Shown: positions 47,657 through 57,239, counted from the first letter of the stretch. The stretch: 64,000 nucleotides of DNA from Thermoproteota archaeon (GCA_046724555.1 JBKOWU010000017.1:229-64228), one strand, 5' to 3'. Notes: generated by a model not told the origin, from the sequence alone. A program made the numbers and translations.

Positions 47657-48145
47657 ATGACTTATGAAAAAAATGCAAAAGCAAAATTTTCCAAGATACT
47701 TGTTGCAATAGATGGTTCTGAGCATTCAATGAAAGCTGCAGAATATGCTATTGATCTTGCAAGAGATAACAAGGCACAACTAATCGCATTGACTGTACTT
47801 GATATAACTAAGATTGGATATGCGGCTTCTGCTTTTATCGCATCACCTATGCATGGTTTAGATGAATTGGAACAAAAGAGAAGAGAAGCTCAAGAATGGT
47901 TAGACAAAGTTGGCAAACTCGCGTCATCACATCAAAAAGCTAATGATGACGATATTCAGTTCAAATCTCAAATTGAAGAATCAATGTCGGTAGCAGGTAC
48001 TATAGTAGAGTTTGCAGAGAATCAAAATATAGATCTAATTGTAGTTGGTAGCAGAGGTAGATCCGGCTTTACAAAATTATTGCTTGGGAGCGTTGCTTCT
48101 AGGATAGTAACTTATGCATCATGTCCTGTTTTGGTAGCAAAGTGA
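47657..48145 (+). CDS. universal stress protein (UspA family)
   Basis: KILVAIDGSEHSMKAAEYAIDLA ... DLIVVGSRGRSGFTKLLLGSVASRIVTYASCPVLV. Confidence 0.88.
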   Translation: MTYEKNAKAKFSKILVAIDGSEHSMKAAEYAIDLARDNKAQLIALTVLDITKIGYAASAFIASPMHGLDELEQKRREAQEWLDKVGKLASSHQKANDDDIQFKSQIEESMSVAGTIVEFAENQNIDLIVVGSRGRSGFTKLLLGSVASRIVTYASCPVLVAK

Positions 48146-48170
48146 AAAGATAGATGAAATAATACAATAT

Positions 48171-48347
48171 ATGCATATACATATCAATCTAGATACTGTA
48201 GACACGTTTGACAAGTTAGTCACTGCACTAAGAACTGCTGTGGATAATGACGGGATGTTAGATAAAGAGTCCACATCCTACAATGATATATTTGATGCGT
48301 TCAGATTAGCTTTGAAGTTTTATAGTTTCAGAGATAGCAGTCTATAA
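48171..48347 (+). CDS. 58-aa hypothetical protein (below ORF-track cutoff)
   Basis: ATG..TAA frame MHIHINLDTVDTFDKLVTALRTAVDNDGMLDKE..., starting 23 bp after the usp stop. Support is weak. Confidence 0.25.
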   Translation: MHIHINLDTVDTFDKLVTALRTAVDNDGMLDKESTSYNDIFDAFRLALKFYSFRDSSL

Positions 48348-48376
48348 AGGCTCTTATTGTTAGAATACTCATCTAT

Positions 48377-49447
48377 TTAGGATGCTCTAACCATAGTTAC
48401 CAGGCTTCTTATATCGGTAGGAATTTTGTCTACGTTTCCTTGTGCAATAGGTTTGATGTAATTTAGCCCTTGGCTTTGTAGTATATGTTGACCATCACTT
48501 GATAGCAAGTATGTTACAAAAGATACAGCATCAGCTAACTTGTTAACAGTAGCTTCGGGTATAGTAACTGAAAAATATATAGGTTCGCCATATATCGTCT
48601 TGCCTGTGTTTGTAGTATATGAGGCCTTTCTATAAATGTCAGAAAAAGCTGGATCTCTTAGGTTAATTTGAGAAGGTAGTCTGATATATGGTAGACCTTT
48701 GGCTATGGCTTCGTGTTTGTAAGCAGCTATTGCATCTAATTGACCGGTCTCCAAAGTAGTTGCAAGAGTTTCTTCTGGGAATATTTGTCTAGGGTTCCTA
48801 TCTTGTCCTAAAATACTTTGCTTGATATTCTTGTCATTATAATATGTATTGGCTAGTTTGGCAGCAATAACCATATAGTATCCTTTTGGATCTAGTTCTG
48901 GATCAGTTCTTCCGAACTTAAAACCTGGCTGTGATAAAGCTCGATACCATGGTATCAGTCCTTTCTTTGCCTTATCTAAGTCAAGATGGAAATGGCTAGT
49001 AGGCGAATACGCAATTACCATTTCAGCTGATGCGAACTTGACTAACCATTGTGCAAGAGGTTGATTGAGCTGTTGGTTACCTATACCACCATCAGCATTA
49101 TTATTATTATTATTCATCATCAACTTCATAATTGGAATGGTTCCTGCGCTAACGAAAACATCCGGTCTTCTTTGACCATCTAGGATCATATTGGCAATTT
49201 GAACAGATCCTCTTCCTTCGCCACTATATGTATAACCTGTTTTCTTTTCATACGATGGCCCTAAACCTAAAGTTTGTTCAAATGTCTTTATAAGAGAAGC
49301 AGCATACATCACAAAGACTTTTCCTTTAGTTTGTTGGGTTTGCTGCGCATTTGAAACTATGACGATGCTATGTGCGGTTGTAGAGAACACAATAGTAAAA
49401 GTCAGGACTGCTAAAAGATTGAATTTAATAGGAGTTTGAATTTGCAA
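48377..49447 (-). CDS. periplasmic-type solute-binding protein, molybdate/tungstate (WtpA/ModA)-like
   Basis: A signal anchor is followed by KVFVMYAASLIKTFEQ...GEGRGSVQIANMILDGQRRPDVFVSAG, the pattern of oxyanion-binding SBPs. It contains an N6 insertion. Confidence 0.7.
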   Translation of the reverse strand: MQIQTPIKFNLLAVLTFTIVFSTTAHSIVIVSNAQQTQQTKGKVFVMYAASLIKTFEQTLGLGPSYEKKTGYTYSGEGRGSVQIANMILDGQRRPDVFVSAGTIPIMKLMMNNNNNNADGGIGNQQLNQPLAQWLVKFASAEMVIAYSPTSHFHLDLDKAKKGLIPWYRALSQPGFKFGRTDPELDPKGYYMVIAAKLANTYYNDKNIKQSILGQDRNPRQIFPEETLATTLETGQLDAIAAYKHEAIAKGLPYIRLPSQINLRDPAFSDIYRKASYTTNTGKTIYGEPIYFSVTIPEATVNKLADAVSFVTYLLSSDGQHILQSQGLNYIKPIAQGNVDKIPTDIRSLVTMVRAS

Positions 49448-49659
49448 AACCAGTCTTAGACATTCTATCCAAATTTATAAGCATGATGGATATTAGAAAG
49501 ACAAAGCGGCCAATTTCATACTACGATATATTCTACGATTTTAGTCTAGTCTTGCTTTGAAATTCTATCATTTTGAAGAGAGAAACGATTAGCGGTAACA
49601 ATCATGCATTCAACAAAGGTCTAGTTATTCTGTATAGTCCTGTGTATTTGTTTTGTTTC

Positions 49660-49923
49660 CTATTCCGGGAGTACTTGATGGACAAATGATATTGCGATTG
49701 ATCCTTCGCCCATCGCGGAAGCAACACGCTTGATGCTACCGCTACCCACATCGCCCACCGCAAGAAGGCCTGGTAAACTCGTTTCGAGCAAATGCGGCTG
49801 ACGAGGATATGCGTACAAAGCAGAATAAGATGAAGATAGTGCTAAGAAAGAAGTGCTGTATGTTAGGTAATCTGTTGCTAAAACTGTCGAGTAATAGCAA
49901 TGAAGGTGACAAAGAGGAATCAA
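49660..49923 (-). pseudogene. C-terminal relic of a thioredoxin-reductase-like FAD/NAD(P) disulfide oxidoreductase
   Basis: Only the last ~45 codons look genuine: ETSLPGLLAVGDVGSGSIKRVASAMGEGSIAISFVHQVL, the (G)xFAAGDV...A.G.G..AA C-terminal FAD motif. The upstream part of the ORF is low-complexity and no N-terminal GxGxxG region is found nearby. Confidence 0.6.
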
Positions 49924-50623
49924 AGATATGTATTACAAACCAAGCTTTCTAATTTGGTGTATGCAATATTATCAAGATGTAACTATATGGTGATATTGAG
50001 ATTATTAGAAAACAACAGCAATTTCCCATATGTACATAGTTATCTATAATATTCTAGATTCTAATGATTGTGAATATTTGAACAAATGGGCGCTAAGCTT
50101 ATACATTACAATATATGGGTCTTTCACATATGCCATAAATACGGCATCATAGATATCAAGAGCAACATTACAAGAAACATTTTCCTGAATCTGCATTGAT
50201 GACTGCGGCTCACATTTTAGCAGGTCTTACTAAAGAAGCTAAAACTCACGAGGAGATAGCAAGGGAGCATTTTGATAATAATTTGGAATTAGTAAATGTT
50301 TGGAAAGATTAGATGGCTGCAATAAATTGGATTTACAAGGATGCAAACAATAACAACAAATGGATAACAATAAATTATGGAAAAAAATGGGTAGAGAAAA
50401 TACAACATAAATTCTCTGAAGATAGAAGAACCTATCGTGTTTGATGACTAACGTATTCGCGACTGAACGAATTTTTTCTTCATAGAAGAAGTTGCATAGT
50501 GTATATAATGTAGCACGCTTATCAGCTAATCCACTATAACACGTATATATGATAGAATGTTCATCTAGCTAATGCTTCGAGAAAAAAGTACTAGTATTTT
50601 ATACAGAATAGTAGAGGTAGCAA

Positions 50624-50869
50624 ATGAACCTTCAAGGTCTTAATGAAACTCAGACAGATTTAGACTACGATAAGAAAACAAAAATTTTCAAACAAATAAA
50701 TTTCATGTTATGTGAGTCGTGTTTCTGGTGTGCTTCGTCATTATCGTCCTCATCACCACTATATGATTTATCGAATGATGACACAGTTTCTAAATGCCCG
50801 GTTTGCAACGAATATTCATTAAAACTTATTCCTATTTACAACAAAAGTTTACTTCAAAGGTCTGGTTAG
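50624..50869 (+). CDS. small zinc-ribbon-like protein (putative)
   Basis: An 81-aa ORF with CESCFWC ... CPVCNE, i.e. two CxxC-type pairs. Confidence 0.4.
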   Translation: MNLQGLNETQTDLDYDKKTKIFKQINFMLCESCFWCASSLSSSSPLYDLSNDDTVSKCPVCNEYSLKLIPIYNKSLLQRSG

Positions 50870-51062
50870 GGTCAAAATATGGAAGTAATTGTTTATGGAG
50901 AAGAAGAAATAACAACAAAGTTTGCTGCCTTTAGTGGCATTCATATCTAATGTATTGACTTGGAAGTAACTCTGGTTGAGAAACTCATTTTTATGTGTCT
51001 GGAGATTTGCAGTCATTGTTAGAGAATCATTTGGTTTTTCTTTAGCAAAGGAGTGCTATTCA

Positions 51063-51242
51063 ATGAAACTGGATTTGCTTACAGATGCTACGGGAGCCAA
51101 GGACATAGAGATGTCATTGACTAATAGCAATGAAAATGACAGAGGAGAATCAAATGACCCTGACTATGATGAGGACGAAGATCAGCTAGAAGAAGAGCAG
51201 GAAGAGCAAATAGGGGAAATAGCAACAAATCACGTCTTCTGA
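51063..51242 (+). CDS. small highly acidic protein (putative)
   Basis: ATG 51063 follows AAGGAG. The product is MKLDLLTDATG...DPDYDEDEDQLEEEQEEQ. The listed ORF starts earlier, at 50976, with a non-ATG codon. Confidence 0.3.
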   Translation: MKLDLLTDATGAKDIEMSLTNSNENDRGESNDPDYDEDEDQLEEEQEEQIGEIATNHVF

Positions 51243-51431
51243 ACTAATTTACTAGTTGTGCTATTTCTGTAACAAACTCTCCTACCTTAAAGAATGCTTT
51301 TTCTACCTTTTCATTGTTATGTATGTTATCTTTGATTTCGTTTTTCAGATGCTAAGATGGATCACTCTGCTTAAGGTTCCAAAAAATATGATTAGCACGT
51401 TGTTATAGCGAATGCTATGCTCATGTATATA

Positions 51432-51923
51432 TTATACTAGTGTATGATCCACGTCATCATAGTTGAGTTGGTTATTGGTAAGCCAGCTCTGAAATTTATC
51501 ATCGATGAATTTGTGAAATTGCCAGAAGCGTTTCATATAGATATTCTTTTTTGGATCTGAAAAATTTCGGCCGTATTTACGAGTATTCCTATGTATAAGG
51601 TTATGCCACCCTTCAAGAGCGTTCGAAAACTCTACTGACTTGAGGATGGAATCTATGACTGGTCTATAAGGTGGAGAAGTATTGGTCATAGGGCCAGCAG
51701 TCAAAGAGGTATCAAACCTTGGGATGTAGACTGTAAGCACTTCATGATGGAATGAGATAAAGCCAATTGGAGAGCCTCCAAAAGTGCCAGAACCAGTCAT
51801 CATTTCATCCATATGCCATTTTGAATGTATAGTTGCAAATCTGTCCAAGAATTTAGTTTTCGTTCCATCAGATATTAGCTGCAACCGTTCTCTCAAATCA
51901 GTTACTACAGGTTCAATAACCAA
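51432..51923 (-). CDS. compact tyrosinase-like (type-3 copper) domain protein
   Basis: A CuA-like segment (IHSKWH ... GFISFHHEVL) and a CuB-like segment (EGWHNLIHRN ... DP...FWQFHKFIDDKFQSW) give six candidate His ligands in 163 aa. The start is TTG and is uncertain. Confidence 0.55.
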   Translation of the reverse strand: MVIEPVVTDLRERLQLISDGTKTKFLDRFATIHSKWHMDEMMTGSGTFGGSPIGFISFHHEVLTVYIPRFDTSLTAGPMTNTSPPYRPVIDSILKSVEFSNALEGWHNLIHRNTRKYGRNFSDPKKNIYMKRFWQFHKFIDDKFQSWLTNNQLNYDDVDHTLV

Positions 51924-52052
51924 TGTGTAGGAAAACTAGACGGATATTATTAAATTTTTATAGGCTTGAGAGAATATACTGATATTCTCCACAATATAGT
52001 GACATGTTTAATGCAAAAATACTTAATACTCTGCTTAATGAGCGGTAGTATA

Positions 52053-53303
52053 CTAGGTTAGATGATATTTTGCTCCATAGGCATGAAGAGCTTTCTTGAA
52101 TGCATCAATAGGAGGTCTTACTAATCCTGCGCCTATCATACCAATACCTGGTTCCTTGTGTGCAATTGCAGTATCAATAACAGGCAATATCCCTGTCTTC
52201 AATACCTTTCGAAGATCAATCCCAGTGCCTGTTCCCTCAAAATCAAGGATCGGAAGAGAAAACATATCATTTAGTATCATTGTAATCTCCCGCATTTGCT
52301 TGGTATATTTTATAGCATCTTCAGCTGATCCACCAATCAACGATAAAATTGCAGGAGAGTCTGCAAGAGCAAAGCCTCCTATTCCGGCTGTCTCTGTTAT
52401 GGCACTGTCACCCATATCCAGATTTGCATCATCAGATCCATAACCCGGGAAATATACCCCATCAATGATGCTGGCCGGCCCCACGAACCACTTATTACCT
52501 AATGCGCTGACCTTTATCCCAAAATCAGTCCCATTTCTGGCCATGGCAGTAACAAGTGTGCTGTATTCAATTTCACTTGCCGCATTCATAGTTGCTTTGC
52601 AAGCAGCCATACTCATGCATAAAAAGAATATCTCATTTTCAGAAAAGTATTTTGCAATCTTTACTAAATTATCCCTATCTTCAACTTCTATAAGATATGG
52701 CATTACTACACTGGCGAACAATAACGTCCCAGCAGCAGGTCTATTATGTAATTCATCCCCCATGTGCAAAGCCTTTGCCATTATACTCTTTAAATCCAAT
52801 CCTTTGCTCTTCCTAATTGCTTTTCCCAAACCAGGCGCCAATGTTTCTGACCAAAACTTCAAGGTTTCTACTGCATCCATATCAAAACGTCCAAACTGAA
52901 CCCTGTCCTCCACAAAACGGCCATAACATATGTTTCCATACGTATCATTTTTTACAACTAATACAGGCATTGATGGTGAGATAACGCCAGCCATAGGACC
53001 GACAGCATCATGATCGTGATTCGGAGAAAATTCAATTTCTTCATATTCAATCATCTTCACGGCTTGAGTCCAATTTTCGGCTAACTCTTCATAAATCATG
53101 GTACCTATTATAGCACCTTTCATAGGACCACACATTCTCTTCCATTCAATCGGAGGGCCAGCATGAAATATCGAATTCTTTTTCATATTGGGCAAGACAT
53201 CGATAGCTGGTTTTATATCAAGCAACAGCGGCCGCGATTTAAGAATCTTTTCTGTTGCTATTTTATTTGCTTCTTCTATCTTATTTTTTATAGGTTTATC
53301 CAT
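52053..53303 (-). CDS. ylbE: DUF1116 protein (E. coli YlbE/AllG-like)
   Basis: FHAGPPIEWKRMCGPMKGA, HDAVGPMAGVISPSMPVLVVKN, MGDELHNR, VTAMARNGTDFGIKVS, DMGDSAITETAGIGG and IAHKEPGIGMIGAG are collinear with the YlbE sequence as I recall it. Confidence 0.85.
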   Translation of the reverse strand: MDKPIKNKIEEANKIATEKILKSRPLLLDIKPAIDVLPNMKKNSIFHAGPPIEWKRMCGPMKGAIIGTMIYEELAENWTQAVKMIEYEEIEFSPNHDHDAVGPMAGVISPSMPVLVVKNDTYGNICYGRFVEDRVQFGRFDMDAVETLKFWSETLAPGLGKAIRKSKGLDLKSIMAKALHMGDELHNRPAAGTLLFASVVMPYLIEVEDRDNLVKIAKYFSENEIFFLCMSMAACKATMNAASEIEYSTLVTAMARNGTDFGIKVSALGNKWFVGPASIIDGVYFPGYGSDDANLDMGDSAITETAGIGGFALADSPAILSLIGGSAEDAIKYTKQMREITMILNDMFSLPILDFEGTGTGIDLRKVLKTGILPVIDTAIAHKEPGIGMIGAGLVRPPIDAFKKALHAYGAKYHLT

Positions 53304-53353
53304 TTTGATTTATCCCAATTTCCATTTTTTGGTTTAAGCAAGACAATGAAAAT

Positions 53354-54295
53354 TCATGGTACGATATGAGTTCCGGTGGTACCGTTTAACGACTCTGAAA
53401 GCCTTTTCAGATTACCAATTATAGCCTCTTCCCCGCCATTTTCTATAAATTTTATAGAAGCCCGTACTTTTGGACCCATACCACCTTCTTCTAAATCTGC
53501 TATCTTAAGTTTATTAATTTCATTAAGTCTTATCTTTGAAACAAGCTGTTGGTTACTCTTACCATAATTCTCGTACAGACCATCTACATCTGTTAAAAGT
53601 ACCAACTTTGTCGCACCAATAAGTGTTGCCAATCTTTCACTTGCAAGGTCTTTATCTATCACTGCATCTACGCCAATAAGAGTATCGTTCTTCTGTATCA
53701 CTGGTATGCCTCCGCCACCACATGCAATCACTAGGAATCCCGCATCGACCATTGTACGAATTGCATGTGATTCAATTATGTGAAGCGGCTTTGGAGATGG
53801 TACTACTCGCCTGTATCCTCTACCCGTATACTCCTTTATTGTCCAGTCAGGTCGTTCAGCCATAATCGAGGCAACTTGATCATCATTGAAGAACGGACCG
53901 ATAGGCTTAGTTGGATTTTGAAAAGCGGGATCATTCTTATCAACCTTGACTCTAGTTATTAGAGTAATGACTTCCTTATCCATTCCTCTGGTATTCAGTA
54001 TATTTTTTAATGATTGTTGGATCATGTAGCCTATCCAGCCCTGGGTTTGTGCCCCACATGCATCGATCGGAAAAGGAGGTGCATACTTCTTGGCGATTTC
54101 ATTTTTCAAAAGAATATATCCTACTTGAGGTCCGTTCCCATGAGTTACCACTACTCTGTAGCCTTGAATTAGATCCGCTATTTTACTTGCAGCAGGTTGG
54201 AAATTTGCATCCTGCTCTTCAAAGCTTCCACTTTGTCCACTTTGAAGTAACGCATTTCCTCCCAATGCAATAACTAAAGGATCGGGAGAGATCAA
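53354..54295 (-). CDS. arcC: carbamate kinase
   Basis: VIALGGNAL, VVVTHGNGPQVG, RRVVPSPKP, ACGGGGIPV and DKDLASE... are canonical carbamate kinase motifs. The start is TTG. Confidence 0.9.
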   Translation of the reverse strand: MISPDPLVIALGGNALLQSGQSGSFEEQDANFQPAASKIADLIQGYRVVVTHGNGPQVGYILLKNEIAKKYAPPFPIDACGAQTQGWIGYMIQQSLKNILNTRGMDKEVITLITRVKVDKNDPAFQNPTKPIGPFFNDDQVASIMAERPDWTIKEYTGRGYRRVVPSPKPLHIIESHAIRTMVDAGFLVIACGGGGIPVIQKNDTLIGVDAVIDKDLASERLATLIGATKLVLLTDVDGLYENYGKSNQQLVSKIRLNEINKLKIADLEEGGMGPKVRASIKFIENGGEEAIIGNLKRLSESLNGTTGTHIVP

Positions 54296-54424
54296 GAAGG
54301 ATATTTGTTTGCTCGCTTATTTAACAGTATTTAATAACTCTACCGAAAATTTTCATTTATCATAATGTTAAAAAATTATTATTTATATACATGTAATTCT
54401 TCTATAAAAGTATCACAAAAATCA

Positions 54425-55426
54425 TCATATTGTCACTTTAGTTTCCCTTTTACGTGGAAATATGCTAAGAAGTTCTGTGTGGAATTCTCGATCAATAAAT
54501 GTATACAATGCAGCAGTCATGCCTATACCAATATCAGATCCTGATGTATGTCCTCTATAACTGATTTGACGTAATAAAGAGATATACTTCTCTGGATCTC
54601 CAGTAAATATAGAATTTATCATTTCCTGAATTTGCTCATCTACAATACATTTTTCATAATACTCTATGAATTTAGAGCTCATCCATGTTGTGCTGCGGGA
54701 CAGCTTCTTACTATGCAATATTACGGGGGCAGTATGTAAAAAATCAGATAAATTGTTAAATAGTACACAATAACCAGATATAAAATCGTCACCAGAGGGA
54801 GTATATCCTGGTCCTCTCCCACAGAGTTCAAGCAATCTATTTGATATTATCTCGACAAACTTTTTACTATCTTCAATAGATGTACAATGTTGTAATTGCA
54901 CTAAGGTTTTGGATAATAATCCAGTAGTGGTAAAATCAGGATCTAACAAGCAACCTCTTCTAGCTGTTTTCAACAGTGTATCGAATATCTTATCACTAAC
55001 ATTAACATTAACAAATCTTTTCAGTAGCTCATAACAAGGTCTTTCAAAATTATTCTTGTAAATTGTAGATTTGTTGATGTTTATAAGAATAGCCGTCCCT
55101 ATCGATAACGTTTCATTATCTTGTTTCCTTAACTTGGATCCGTAAGACACAATTTGTCTGAATCCACTGGATATGTTAGACACTGGAAATACATTCATAC
55201 TAATAGGTGATCGAATTTTTCCTAATGTAATAACCAAAAGTTCATCGTTAATCATTTTGATATTCATATTAGTATCAAAAACACTGATGACCTTGCCGAG
55301 ACATTTGTGTGCTGCAGCTATAGATATTTGTGGTAAATATCGGCATCCTATCCAGCGACAATCAAGTAAGCATTTATTTTTTTCATGTGAAATCCAGTCA
55401 TCGTTCCCCATAAACGCATTTTTCAA
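54425..55426 (-). CDS. ylbF: DUF2877 protein (E. coli YlbF/AllH-like)
   Basis: CGRGPGYTPSGDDFISGY and the C-terminal HTSGSDIGIGM match the DUF2877 signature (G.GPGLTP.GDDfl.G). It lies within the fdrA/DUF1116 operon. Confidence 0.7.
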   Translation of the reverse strand: MKNAFMGNDDWISHEKNKCLLDCRWIGCRYLPQISIAAAHKCLGKVISVFDTNMNIKMINDELLVITLGKIRSPISMNVFPVSNISSGFRQIVSYGSKLRKQDNETLSIGTAILININKSTIYKNNFERPCYELLKRFVNVNVSDKIFDTLLKTARRGCLLDPDFTTTGLLSKTLVQLQHCTSIEDSKKFVEIISNRLLELCGRGPGYTPSGDDFISGYCVLFNNLSDFLHTAPVILHSKKLSRSTTWMSSKFIEYYEKCIVDEQIQEMINSIFTGDPEKYISLLRQISYRGHTSGSDIGIGMTAALYTFIDREFHTELLSIFPRKRETKVTI

Positions 55427-55432
55427 TTTTAC

Positions 55433-55603
55433 CTAGAGTATTTTGGAGAGAATGTCCTCGGTCTCCTTATCGAGTTTTGTAGCTGGTTTCCAATCAACTT
55501 GAACTACAGTTACACTTTGATCTTGCAGAGAATGAAAGAAGATGTCAAGACCAAGATTTATGACAGTCAGTTTCGAATTAAATAAATCGTGTTTAACCAA
55601 CAA
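55433..55603 (-). CDS. unlisted 56-codon ORF wedged between fdrA and the DUF2877 gene
   Basis: The frame reads (L)LVKHDLFNSKLTVINLGLDIFFHSLQDQSVTVVQVDWKPATKLDKETEDILSKIL*. TTG starts at 55603 and 55600 overlap the fdrA stop (55595..55593), and its TAG (55435..55433) lies 6 nt before the DUF2877 ATG. It resembles the N-terminal extension of longer DUF1116 proteins; that comparison is from memory and unverified. Confidence 0.5.
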   Translation of the reverse strand: MLVKHDLFNSKLTVINLGLDIFFHSLQDQSVTVVQVDWKPATKLDKETEDILSKIL

Positions 55604-57239
55604 TGCCACCTAAGTCAATGTATTTAGCATAAATCTGTTCTAAATCTATCTTGCCTCTGGAAGCTATTGTTGCAGATGCAATTGTTGCGAAAGCGTTACT
55701 TGGCATGACAATTACACCCGACCTTTTGAGCAGCTGTACACTAGACTCATAATTTTGGGGATCTTTTTTAGTGCCGCATATATGAGCCATTATGCTGAGG
55801 TACCTGCCTTCCCTCTCTGCATATTTTTTTGCATCCTTGATTTCGTTTATAATTGCCCCAACAGGATCAGGGTTCGATCCGTAGCCCAAGACAAAATCCA
55901 ATAATATTACTGCTACTTTTGAGTCTACAGATTCATCGATTAATCTTAGTTTTCTTATAGTTGGATCTATCATAGGATGCGCCCTTCCTTCGGTAAATTC
56001 CTCCTCTCCTAAATCAATAACAGAATTCATCTGACTTTTTGAAGTATCAAATAAAGCTTGCGAACCACCAATAGGAACATTCGAGTAGATATGTTTTAAA
56101 GGGATTCCATTTAAAATCATCTGAGCTTCATAGGTAAAAGTGCCTCCTGTAAGAAGTGCTCTTACATATTTCTGATTCTTTTGCAATTTTAGCCATTCCT
56201 TTTCCAATCTCTTACGCAAAGTCTTTGAGGGAATGTAAATTGCCTCTATTGCTTTTTTGAAATTGTTTTCACCCAACTGCTTTGCAACAGCTAATACAGA
56301 AGACGTCAGGGTGTTTACTTCAGTTACCTTCCGTTTTTTAACATGATAGTTGGTCATTTCTGTTGTGCCCATAAAAGTTAGAACATAATCTTTATTCCCC
56401 TTGTTTACGATGTAGCTAGTAATTTTTTCTTTTACCTGAGAAGAAGGCGGCTTCGATACTATATCAATTATTTCGATATCCTCGCAAGCCTCCAATGCTT
56501 TTATTGATTCTATGATCATTATTCCTCCTATCTCGTCCTTGGGATCATTTCCCCCAACCCCCAATCCATGTTTAATACCAATTTCGCATTGATCTAGTAG
56601 CGTGGAGACTTCTTGTAATCCGGTGCCGGCTGCTGCGACAATTCCAACAGGCCCATTTCTTATTATATTTGAAAAACCTATACCTTTGCCGTTAATGATA
56701 GACGTTCCGGATCCTGGGCCTAAAACTAAAATGCCATTATTGGAAGCATATTTCTTTATTGCCAGCTCGTCTGATATAGATACATGGTCGCTGAATATGT
56801 GTTGATGGATGCCAGCATCGATTAACCTTAAGGAAAGATCCTTTACATATTCACCAGGAATAGAGATTAGAGCTAAATTAGCATTAGGCATAGATGTTAA
56901 TGCAGAATCTAGATCCAAAATTTGACCACTTTGGTCTGGGCCATGTATTCTGTCAGTTCCTTCAAGTAAATTGTCAAGCCTTGTCAAGACCGACTCTAAT
57001 GATCTTTTATCCTGCGCCTTGATAGCTATTATTGAATCAGATTCCTTTGCATGTTTAATTTTATCTTCAGGAAAGCCAAGTTTGACTAGGATTTGCTTAT
57101 TCGTCCTCGTACCCATTATGACAGCTGCCTCTTGTATTCCAGGTTGGCGTTTAATATTGCTAGATATTTTCATTAGCTGAAGCGAATCTCTGTAAAAATT
57201 CTGCTTAATTTTCACATGATAGAGAACTTCAGATCGCAA
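55593..57239 (-). CDS. fdrA: FdrA-like acyl-CoA synthetase/succinyl-CoA-ligase-fold protein (E. coli FdrA/AllF-like)
   Basis: HVKIKQNFYRDSLQLMKIS...AAVIMGT aligns with the FdrA N-terminus, and the SCS-alpha-like core is GPVGIVAAAGTGLQEVSTLL...GLGVGGND. I place the start at TTG 57239 (548 aa). The listed ORF runs to 57413, but that extra N-terminus is hydrophobic junk in AT-rich promoter DNA. Confidence 0.85.
   Translation of the reverse strand: MRSEVLYHVKIKQNFYRDSLQLMKISSNIKRQPGIQEAAVIMGTRTNKQILVKLGFPEDKIKHAKESDSIIAIKAQDKRSLESVLTRLDNLLEGTDRIHGPDQSGQILDLDSALTSMPNANLALISIPGEYVKDLSLRLIDAGIHQHIFSDHVSISDELAIKKYASNNGILVLGPGSGTSIINGKGIGFSNIIRNGPVGIVAAAGTGLQEVSTLLDQCEIGIKHGLGVGGNDPKDEIGGIMIIESIKALEACEDIEIIDIVSKPPSSQVKEKITSYIVNKGNKDYVLTFMGTTEMTNYHVKKRKVTEVNTLTSSVLAVAKQLGENNFKKAIEAIYIPSKTLRKRLEKEWLKLQKNQKYVRALLTGGTFTYEAQMILNGIPLKHIYSNVPIGGSQALFDTSKSQMNSVIDLGEEEFTEGRAHPMIDPTIRKLRLIDESVDSKVAVILLDFVLGYGSNPDPVGAIINEIKDAKKYAEREGRYLSIMAHICGTKKDPQNYESSVQLLKRSGVIVMPSNAFATIASATIASRGKIDLEQIYAKYIDLGGIVG

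Noticed and set aside
52096-52899. Plus-strand ORFs 52096..52443 and 52465..52899, antisense to the DUF1116 gene. Similar antisense ORFs lie inside fdrA, arcC, the ABC genes, RFC, PfkB, the PRTase and the symporter.
   Set aside because: In every case the opposite-strand gene has strong family motifs. The antisense products are low-complexity with no motif, so they are shadow ORFs.
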